A stretch of 46,038 bases of DNA from assembly GCA_003614675.1 (NCBI GenBank), contig ML002296.1, positions 1 to 46,038 on the forward strand. Reading direction: 5' to 3'. A program made the translations under genes and the position numbers. Position 1 is the stretch's first letter; each line of letters opens with the position of its first letter. Positions 22,942-32,874 of the stretch are shown here, piece after piece. The notes under the pieces are model-generated. The model did not search any database. It was not told where the DNA came from and was given only the letters and a program-made list of their open reading frames with translations. Source of the stretch: Dimargaris cristalligena. Taxonomy: Eukaryota.

Positions 22942-25591
22942 CTACCCGCTACTCTTGCCACCCTTCTTACGGTAGAACCGAGTATCGCTGGGATCGAAGC
23001 CGTGGTGTTCGTTACCAAATACCGCCCAGTCGGGTGTCGGCGCGGTAAAATCCAAACTATTAAACGAAGCACCGCTCTTCACCAGCTGCTGGAACTTGGC
23101 GTAATCTATCCAGGTATGCCACCGCCCCTCGCGGTGGAATTTGGTATGGGCCACTAAGATGGAACAGCTGTGGGCGTGTTCGCAGGCGATGCCGTATTCA
23201 TCCCCCAGCAAACTGACCAATTTCTGAACGAAATGGACAACTTCGTTGTGGTAGGGTACGTTCTGCATGGACAGGTTGCTAGCTCCGCTGAATCCGCAGA
23301 AGGTGACCCCCTTGATTTCAATGAACTCGGGGCGACCACGCTGGATCAGTTCCACGTAGTTGGCCAATTCCTCGGTGTTGTAATCCTTAACGAGGGTAAG
23401 TCGATACACCGTACGTTGACCTTTGGCCCGCAGGGCATCCAAACTGTCCAGGAAACGTTCCCAGAAGTCCCGGAACAGCGGCCGGTCCACTTTTTTGAGG
23501 CTTTCTTTGGTACTCGCATCCACGCTCACGTAGAGCTGGGTCACGGGGTCCAAGTCGGCAATGGCGTCGGGGAATTGGGCGTTGGTGACGAGGAAACTGG
23601 AAATATTTTGTTCGTGTAGCATCCGGATAAACTCGTTGATACGGGGATACATGATGGGCTCGCCCACGAGCGACAGGGCACAGTGCTTGACCTGGAAGGC
23701 TTCCTGGAACCGATCGGCTTTGACACCGGGTACGCCCTTGAGTTGCTTAATCATCTGGTAGTGGTTCTGAAGGGCACCCTCCAAAATAAACCCCGGGTCG
23801 TCCATTTGCCAGCGCCATTCGGTTCCCACTGGGTTGGTATGGTGACGCCAGCAGAACACGCACTTGTTGGCACAGGCCAGGGACGGGGTGGTCTCCATAC
23901 ACAAATGGCTCTGGATGCCGTAGAAACTGTGCTTATAGCAGAAGCCCCGGCCCCGGAGGGCGGCCTTGGTCCACCGACAGATTTTGACCCCCGAGTGGGA
24001 CCCAATGACTTTGTAGCCCTGTTTGGTCAGGTTCTGGTGAATCATGGGACTGACCATAGCCCGCGGCGCTCGGACGGGCCGGGCTTCGGCACCCTCGCCG
24101 ATGGGCCGGTAGGGTCGCTTGGTGACTCGCGAAGTTTGGGAAGCGGCGAAGCTGGCCTCATCATCCCGGCGCTGCTCCCGGGCTTCTTGGATACGACGGG
24201 CCACGCCGCCCATATCCTCGAGGTCGACCATTTCACCATCACTGCCGCCGAGCACATCCTTGTTATCCGGGGTGGTGTCCTCTTCGTTCTCGTCCTCGTC
24301 CTCGGCGTCCGATATACGGGCGTCGGCCTCGATGGGTGCTGTGTAGGCCTCAGGATCCAGAAGGGTGCTCAGTAGACCTTGTGTCCAGGCTTCGAAGCTG
24401 GCGAGTTGGTCTATATAGGGGAGATAAATAAAGGATAGCAGTGTAGGGATTATAGGTAAGTAACTCGAAGAAAAGGCCCGGAAACAAATAATCGAGCCGA
24501 TCCTAACCCTAGGAATATTGCTGACGGTTGGTTTAGGGGCCAATATACCTGCTAATCAACAAGGTGGACACTACTTACCTTCATTCTTATCACCTTCGCC
24601 CAGGGGGTACATACGGCGGGCACCGAGGGAGCCCAACCATCTATCGGTATTCCGTCCAGCAATGCCAAATTCGTCACCGTAGGCCGAGTCACCCAAGCCA
24701 AACACGGCGAACCGTAGGTGGGCTAGGCATTCGTTGCCAAGTCGGAAATCGTACTTGGCATCCTCCAGCCACTTGAGAAACCACTCTGTGGGATTTTCCA
24801 CATTATAGGTGGCCAACAAAAACACACAAACGGCTTTTTCGGTAAAGAAGCTTTCGGTGTCGTACTCGGCGATATCCTGGATGACGGCGGGGATTTTTCC
24901 TGCCGACGCGAGTTGCTCCTTCAGCAGCTGACTAAATTTCTGGGCAGTGCCCGTTTGACCCCCGGTGAAGATTTTGAGCGGCGCTTCGTGGTAGTAGGTG
25001 GATAAGATGGCCTCCCGGGTGGCCGGATCCTTCAGGGCGGACGATGGGCATTGGCAAGCGGTTGGGGAAGCAGCCCCGCGGCAACAGGCGGGGGATTCGG
25101 ACGTCGGCGAATCGGGGGAAGCGGCGCACTTCTCCTTGGGAAGTGTGGTGGGGACAATATTGCGGGGGGAGGTCGTTGTCGGCGTCGTCTCCTGGGTCTT
25201 CGCGGCCGTCTTTCGCGTGACCCTAATGGTGTGTCGGATTTGGTGGTAGACGAAGTAGCTGGCGATGGCCAGAGTCAAAGCCCCGGTCGCCCAGGGGCTC
25301 TGGTACCAGGCGGTTTCCGGTACCAGGTTACAGTGCTCTAAAAGAGTCGAGTAGCAAGGGATATTTACATATTTTTAATGGTCAGTTTCTAACTCGTATG
25401 ATATAACATAACGATAGGTGGGGCCAACAGCCCCGCTTCAACCCAGGACTTGTTATGGAACGCTACCCGGTTACCGGTCCTAGTTGATGAGCTAGGCCCG
25501 GTATGGCTCTGCGGTGGCGGTATGACAAGGGAGGCTGGGAGGACCTCGACGTACCTGACTGCAGTGGGGAATCGCCGGCGGAGCAGCTCAT
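22942..25591 (-). CDS. TYW1: tRNA 4-demethylwyosine synthase Tyw1 (TM + flavodoxin + radical SAM); exons 25591-25555, 25337-24579, 24410-22942
   Basis: Flavodoxin GQTGTA and FAVFGLGDSAY; GSHSGVKICRWTK, CYKHSFYGI, CANKCVFCWRH (CxxxCxxC), HCALSLVGEP, IEIKGVTFCG, CEHAHSC. Both introns are phase 1 with GTACGT/GTAAGT donors and TAG acceptors. Confidence 0.96.
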
Positions 25592-27458
25592 TGCGACAAC
25601 AAACTGGGAGGGTAATGGAGGGCGGAACAGCAGCAGCAATGGTGTGCAAAGCCCGAGTACTGGCAAAATACGGAGAGAAGGATGGGGGAAAAGAGTGAAA
25701 AGGGCTCGGTTGCTTTTTGAAATGCCTCGATCTGCTTGAGGGCCACTTCGGTTTAGGTGGTACCAACTCAACTGGGCCAGTGATTTTCCCTATTCTGGTA
25801 AATTGGCCACAGTGGGATGAGAAAAAATAGGGCCTTGGAAAAGGTCTCAGCATCAGCCAATCACATAGTTGGATGCTAATCTAGATATTACGGGGTGTTT
25901 TTTTTAATGGTTTTTTGCATTCAGCCGTATTATATGGTATTTCCTTATCAGGTACTTAGATGGATTATTTCCAAAGATAAGCTGATAATATACTCAATAT
26001 ATACTGACAGTATACGCTATAGATTTAACCCTCGGACAAGCACTGAGACGGAACCATCTTATTGAATTTCAATTTTACCTAGTCCGGTATGAAGGAGCTT
26101 GTAAGTTGTAGCTTAAATTGGTTTAAGGACTAAGTCATCGATTCTGTGCCAAGTCTTTGGGTAAAGGATTGACATGATGTGGGCAAAACAATGTTGGTGT
26201 GGCCTATTAATAGGCATTCGAGTATACCCACTGGCCCAACGTAACAGTCCTTTAAACACCGATCAATAACTGCAACTTAATTAAATGGCGAGTTTGTTTT
26301 GACCCTTATATAGATTGGCCCGCCATAATTCTGATGGGCTTAGCTTAAATGACATCACTCATTACAGTAGCATTGGAGGGATTCTATAATGAATCCGATC
26401 TACCCTTCGCCAGTTCAAGTAGGCCAATTAATCGCTAAGGGAATGGACCAGTGGATACAATGGCACCCTAAGCCCCAACGAGTTTACATAGCCACAGTCC
26501 CTTTGGCAAGAACCCCCCGGAGGGGCTTGGTAAAGTACAATCAATAAGGGACCCGGATGTGGCATGAGGAACTATCGCCAATCCCTTTGTAAATGGGATG
26601 ACTGAGCATTCTAACCCCTGTTTATCAGTGTACACCATTCTCGGGTGAATAGCCCTCCTGCTCGTATTCTCCTGTACTGAAGCTCCATTCTTTAGCCCGA
26701 CCCATAATTATCATACAAATAGAAGTAGGCACAGTTGACCGGAATGTCCCTAAATCTCATTAAACCTACAGGTTACGGTAACCGATTGTTGGGTGTTCAC
26801 TGAATGAAGCAGAAGGGGGGGGGTGCTTTTAGCCCTCTTTGCTATGAGCGAGGTAGTGATTACCCATTATGTCCGCCCGGCACTTCGTTTATACATATTT
26901 GCCTCCGACGCTTCGTACAAACGGGCCGATCAATGCTCAATGTGGCTTTTGCCCCCCTTGATTCCAACTTCGGCCCCATGCATTAGGAATTGTTGAATAA
27001 ACAATTATTATTGAATCAGGGGTGGGCGGTATAACCAATACGGCCCTATAATGGGGAATACAAGCCTGCGCTTTTTTAGGCCTCGCTGGTCAGCTGCCTG
27101 CACCCCCCTGTAAATACGCACGCTTCAAGGTATCTGGTATTCCCTTTCAAGATATCATCTGTGAACACTCCTTTCACATTTGGGCCTTCCCATCTGAACT
27201 GGAGCCTTGAATATATTTTTTTCCGCCGCACCCCCTTCAACCCGCCCCTTCACTTCATTCTCACAACCAGTCGATTCATTTACCCTGCGGAAATTATAAA
27301 AGCGACCCATCTGCACACTCTGCTAAATTATCAACCCTACTTGCTTCAACCCTTTGCCCCTATTATCCCCTACGCCGGTCGTCAAATTTCCTTTCACGCT
27401 GTACTTCTTACCGCATCGCCACTACTCTTACTATCTTATCATATATATAACGTCCAAA

Positions 27459-28112
27459 ATGCTCAAGTCTATTTTAGTTGGCTGTGCCGTCACCATCCTG
27501 GCTCTGACCGCCGGTTCGGCCAGCGCTCTACCCACCGCCACCAGTCCATACAACAGCGACAAGATCGTTGACCAATACGGGAGCGCCTTTAGCGAATTTT
27601 ACCGCAACTCCACTGAGTATGTCAACATCAACATCTGTACCAGCGGCAAGCCCACGGGCACCCGCCGAGTAACCAAGCCCTTTGCCGAAAGTCTGGCCCA
27701 GCTCGGGTCGGGCCGCTGGAACGGCCAGGAATGGTACACCGTGGTGGAGGGCAAGTCCGCCACCAAACCCTATGGCTGCTATGCCCGCACTGGCTCCGCC
27801 ATTGGCCAAACCGGTAACGTCCTCTTCCCGTACGCCAGTGCGGCGTCCGCCGACTTTAATCTGGGCGATCACGTGTACGTCAAGGACCTGGACGGCATGC
27901 CCGTCAACGCGGTGCAAAAACATAATGGCTGTTTGGTGATCGAGGGCCAGTTCACTAACCCCAACAGTGTTGCCATTTACATTTTTTCCGCGGAGAACCG
28001 CTACTTCTTTGAGAAATTCAATCAACAATCGACCCATCGTGTCGAAAAGAAGGACTGTAAGCCCATCACGGACTACGCCTTTGCCTTGACTGACCCCTCC
28101 CATCATATTTAG
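27459..28112 (+). CDS. Secreted 3D-domain/MltA-like protein (217 aa), catalytic Asp residues apparently replaced
   Basis: aaaATG at 27459, signal peptide, strong C-ending codon bias. Motifs L-x-PYAS-x-A, G-x-x-VYV-x-x-LDG and HNGC recall 3D-domain proteins. Confidence 0.7.
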   Translation: MLKSILVGCAVTILALTAGSASALPTATSPYNSDKIVDQYGSAFSEFYRNSTEYVNINICTSGKPTGTRRVTKPFAESLAQLGSGRWNGQEWYTVVEGKSATKPYGCYARTGSAIGQTGNVLFPYASAASADFNLGDHVYVKDLDGMPVNAVQKHNGCLVIEGQFTNPNSVAIYIFSAENRYFFEKFNQQSTHRVEKKDCKPITDYAFALTDPSHHI

Positions 28113-31100
28113 TAATAATTCGCATTCCGACCACTAGATGGAAACCCATTCCACGGTGTATATTACTTGTTTGGTATGAGGGTAGGTCCTTTTGCGGGTC
28201 GAAAGAAAAACCATATCCGGGCCCCCCTATTCAATAAATCTGTTTTTTTTAGTAGTACCAATCCATAAGTGTATGTGGATATTGGCTGGTGGCATTATTT
28301 GTGGGAAAATGCCACCGAATGCGAGTCAGCAAACCCAAGCCTGTTGCTGCACATTAAACGCCCCACGGGAGGGGTGGTGATATATACGCAGTTATACGCC
28401 AGGAGGGCACCAATCCGCAATGAAATCAATTGCAGACTAACCATGCGCTGCCGGTGATTGAATTGCAGTTAACACAAGACGACAAGGGGGCGTATTAGAT
28501 TAGACATAACTGAAGGCGCGGTATTAGCGAGGTGCGCATTTCTACCGATTTTTAAAAGAGCTACATAGGTACCTCGAGTTTAACACTTTACTACCCCCCA
28601 GATCCTTTTGTTATAGCCAGACAATAATTATTTGTACTGGATGCCCGCCCTACCCTATTATAGCTTTTATTCAAACCCGAAGGCACAACAATGCGATCCC
28701 TCTGCATTCCTGGGACGGGGTGTAAAGGAATAGTGCTGATACTGATTGAATAGGAATAACCCCCAGACGCTGAGGGAATATAAAAACGTACCCCACCATC
28801 CCCCTCCTGACTCAACGCAAGCATAGGGAATTCGCCCCTTTACAGTTTATCTTCCCAAGATATTAATCTAGAGCAACGCGGAAACATCCTGATTCTGTAC
28901 GGCTGCATTAAATATCCTTTAGGAATAGTGGTAGTTTCGCAAAAAGTGGGATCAAACGTATGAAATTTCCTAAGAAACTGGTCTCTTTCAATCGATAACT
29001 ACGCGCTGAACAGTAGGCTCAACCAACATTCTGACCCAGTAGAAGATAATCCAACTAAATAACCTGTAAATACTAGACCAATTGAACTAGTGCTTCGTAA
29101 GTGGTTCACTCTGTCGCAGCAAAGTGTGGGATATTGGCAACGATAATGCTACGCCATGGTCAACCTAATTGAACAATTTACCTTATGTCGAAAATAAAAC
29201 TACATACAGGGTATATAAACCCATCAGGCTACCTCTGAATTTCTTATCAATTGCACCACAATTACTATATAATTTATTTTAACGAACCGTATAATACTGG
29301 ACACTATTTCGTAATACTAAGTCACGTGTTTGACATGCATCCCTCAGGAATACCAGTGTCATATACCTTTCAACTCCCGAATAAGCACATTACTGCCTGA
29401 ACACTGGCAAAAAGACAGCCATTCAATTGCTCTGGTCCAAGCCACCTGGTTAATGCCCAACCATTCTTATGGAAATGACACCTATGCTATACTCAGTATA
29501 CCTGAAAATGGATGTATAAATTGGTATTTGCTTTAAGATTGTTCCCCCTTAAATTGGGTACCCTAATCTGGGGGGAGCAGGCATAGCCAATCTACTATTC
29601 CATGTGCGTCAACCCACCTCTTCCAAGCCCACCTGGTATATTCATTGGCGGACAGTACAATAAATATGGGATCGGTTTAATCTAATTGTAAATGAAAACA
29701 AGCTATTAATTAAATATGCATTATCAGCTAAAATATAATCGGCTGTCTTTATTACCATCTGTCATCTAAAGCCGGGTACAGTAGGATTGTATTACACCTA
29801 TAAAGTATTAAAATCATGGCATCAAGCCAACCGGGAATACCGTTCCTTATTAAGGCCATAAAACGAGCAATCCTGGGAATTCAGGTCCAATCGTTCCAAG
29901 CAAGTATTATTACAATCTCCACCGCACGATTGCCATCTAGTTTATTGACTTTATCATATTCTATATGACTGACAGTGGCCCGAACATTAGTCCTGTTGAA
30001 ACTATGCACCCCAGAAGGCAGGCGAGGCAATTCCATAAAAAGGGAGGGAGGTATTCTTAATCATGTATATAAAGCCATCACTATATACCTATGGCCCAGC
30101 AGTGGGTGCATTATCCGGAAAAATCATAATACCAATGGTATTGCTGATAGCGAATATGTATGAGCGCATTTAAATTAAGAAGGTCTCTTTTATTAATAGC
30201 AGTAGATATGAGGACACTAGATGATAATAGGCAGTAATAGTTTAATGGGCAGCGGATAGGATTAATAGTCATCTAAGGGTCCACATCAGGGTATCCTAAT
30301 GACCCGTTTTTATAGTGGAGTATTGATGTCCCTAATGTCTGGTGGTTCAATAGCCATGGGTGTAGTATGCACCTGTGGTGTTCTGGTGGGGACCCCCGGT
30401 CCATGGGGCCTCTGGTTGATACTAGGCACCTCCGGTGGTGCCGCATTAACAGCATAACATGAAGACTAGTCCAAGATACCAGCACACTGTTCAACCCATG
30501 AAGGGATGATATAGCCACTATACTAAACACCAGGCATACTTACTAGTACCTGTCCTAATTATCACGAGAGGCAAAAACCAAAAATAAATAAATCATAGTA
30601 ACTGAATTTAAATTATCTACCATAATTGTACTAGGGTGATTATCTGCAATTTCCTGTCCATCGGCGGCTACAATACATTGTTAAAGGTCTGAAGGCTTCA
30701 CCCTTCATATTAGGAGCACGGTGTTGGCCATTGTCCATGTTATGGCTAGCCTGCAGTCATTTGATTAGCAGTCCGGATAGTCGGGCGGAGTCCAGCTGGA
30801 TCCATCAGCAGCACAATATAGTGCCTGACCGGGATTGATATCCCTAAATAAGGCATATTGCCTTATTCACTGCAGGGTCTAATGTTCCTCACCTGTTTGA
30901 TTATTTTTGTGTAAGAATAGGCCCGATACTGTAGGATACTTTACTGAATAGTTATTGCAAATAGCCCATTTTGTAGAATAACCCACCTGTCAGGAAACCC
31001 CAGCCATAACCAAATCCCAGGAAGGGGTGCCATACACAGGGGATTGGGTCATAGCATCGATCCATTGTTCCTAGTTATACCCCAGTGACTGGTTTGAATG

Positions 31101-31324
31101 TTGAATGACTTATTGTTGGCTTCCATGTTGTAATATGAATCATTAACAAAGGGAATGGGTGGTCATGAATACAACTGCTAATACCATTCCTAATACCCAT
31201 TAGCAACTAGGACATTGTCTCCCCGATAAGTCAATGCAATAGAACTAGAACTGTAGTTTACTTTGCTGGGAGTGGTAGGGTCACCCTATATAGTACTTGG
31301 TTAATAAAACCCTTGGTTAAGCAC

Positions 31325-31333
31325 TATATAAAT
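31325..31333 (+). promoter_or_regulatory. TATA box of micro-ORF, copy A
   Basis: TATATAAAT; TATAAATAGCA is conserved in copy B (TATA at 44886-44880, minus). Followed by a CT-rich leader and ATG. Confidence 0.55.
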
Positions 31334-31471
31334 AGCAGACTGGAGGCCTCCCCCAATATTCCCTCATCATTTTTTAATAACCTGGATATCCTAATGTGCA
31401 AACCATCCCAAACTCTTTGCCACATATTGGTACATCACACCTCCTCTTTTCCCCGACCTCCCCCCCCCACA

Positions 31472-31693
31472 ATGGCCATTTCTAGGCCCTTTTTCCAACA
31501 GCCAGTGACCTGTCCACAATTATACAGGTCGCTTCCTGCAGTAATGCAGGCCATAAAAATATATATCCACCCCCAAGTGGGTGTTATGGGTAATCCTTCC
31601 TTTGTCCTGGGCAGGGATTGCCCAACTACCGAGCAGGACAAGCCCCTGTCTGATGCAGATAGGGGCTTGCCTATTGTACCAGCCACCGTATAA
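31472..31693 (+). CDS. 73-aa micro-ORF, copy A (unknown function)
   Basis: Same ATG, length and TAA as 44722-44501, with no indels. In the last 35 codons, 10 of 12 differing codons are synonymous. Confidence 0.55.
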   Translation: MAISRPFFQQPVTCPQLYRSLPAVMQAIKIYIHPQVGVMGNPSFVLGRDCPTTEQDKPLSDADRGLPIVPATV

Positions 31694-31726
31694 TACATAC
31701 CACGGTGGTGCCTGCCAATGAGCAGG
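31504..31726 (+). ncRNA. Candidate structured RNA (7 tandem hairpins) overlapping micro-ORF, copy A
   Basis: Stems at 31504-33, 31535-50 (GTAA loop), 31568-83, 31588-623, 31635-72, 31682-709 and 31711-26; largely retained in copy B. Confidence 0.5.
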
Positions 31727-32208
31727 TTAAATGTGTATTTAAATTTTCTTTCATCTAATAAATTTGTGTATAAAGTTGCTTTTCAATGGGGGGAATATGC
31801 CCTATTTATATTGACAGTTTTGTTTGACGGATATTGAAAAGTAAGTAGGTATATGTATGTTTTGGAGGTAGAATAGGATAAAAACAGGTGCTAAGGATGC
31901 TAATTTGAACTTTTTCATATCAATGACAATGGCATAGTGGCTGCGTGAAGGATAAAGGGACTTTGGATGAGACCCTTTGATAGTCTTGATGTAAATTATT
32001 GAACTGGCTGGTTGAAAAAGCCACACTGTCTTTCATACTACTAGGTTGAATAGTGTATTCCAATTGAGGTGTTTTTCCCAGTCATTTCTTTACTTTATCC
32101 ACGGTATGTCAGTGTCCTATTGGAATGAGTTTTGTTAATAGCTAATATTACATGTATCATCAACCGGTCGGTATTTTATTACCCTATTTCTAGTACAACT
32201 GTAAATTT

Positions 32209-32352
32209 ATATGGGCGAAATCCGACCCAGCTGTATAAGGTTTTTAATGATAAGTGTATGTGATAATATATGGGAGATTTACTTTTAACCGGTTATGTTT
32301 TCTTCATCCAGCGGATTTTTCATTATACAGCTTAGTTGAACCTCTCCCATAT
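32209..32352 (-). mobile_element. 144-bp MITE-like element inserted in repeat copy A
   Basis: ATATGGGCGAAAT...AACCTCTCCCATAT; same length as 10080-10223; absent at the homologous site of copy B (~43985-43995). Confidence 0.8.
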
Positions 32353-32874
32353 ACATTTAGCACTTTTATAGCAATTCTACGGTGTCTATAGCCACTCCAA
32401 CCAATGGCTACTATCTGACTTCTGTGACGGGATTGTGTTTATGGAATATTACTCGGTGCCAGCTCACTTTTTCGAAATATGGGCCAGATTTGGCTACATA
32501 ATATACCAAAGAATCCGCTTGATGGATTCGTTTTACTTGGGGGGTTTTATTATTCATGTTGTATTTCAATTCCTATGTGGCTTTGTTTAATTTCACACAT
32601 ACTCTATTTGCTTGTTGAATGGAGAAACACCCATTTCGTAAATATCTTCCAGGCTGAAAGTGTAATGAATGCAAGGGGGGTAAAATACTAATCATGGCAA
32701 TGTGGTAGTGGATGCGATCGCCTTATTTCAACCGCATCTAAAATTATTTTGAGGTTTAACTAACATTCAAAAAATAGACAGAGGAAAGGCCATGCAAAGC
32801 CCTGATTCCATTACACATTCATATTCTAGGCCGAGGCATTGCTTTTTGACTTGCTTCCCTTTCTTTCACCTTCT

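Larger units (their letters stand above)
29960..32540 (+). repeat. Dispersed ~2.6-kb element, copy A (contains micro-ORF/hairpin core and a MITE insertion)
   Basis: Collinear by eye with the reverse complement of 43795-45936, e.g. TATACCTA(T/C)GGCC(C/T)AGCAG, CATTGTCCATG(T/G)TATGGCTAGCCTGC, CTAATACCCATTAGCAACTAGG, ATAGTGGCTGCGTGAAG and ATTGAACTGGCTGGTTGAAA. Roughly 65-75% identity by eye; ends approximate. Confidence 0.92.

Noticed and set aside
31278-31375. TCACCCTA + TATA as a PSE/type-3 Pol III promoter linking the hairpin RNA to the BRF2-like factor
   Set aside because: The motif is altered in copy B, and a T6 (A) or T5 (B) run ~40 nt after the TATA box would terminate Pol III before the hairpins.
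31640-31700. CTGATG as a hammerhead core; hairpin-hinge-hairpin as an H/ACA snoRNA
   Set aside because: No CUGAUGA...GAAA core; the ANANNA box is present only in copy B.
31950-32005. In-frame TGA codons shared by both repeat copies as selenocysteine
   Set aside because: The same frame has TAA/TAG stops, there is no selenoprotein motif or SECIS, and the shared TGAs simply reflect DNA identity.
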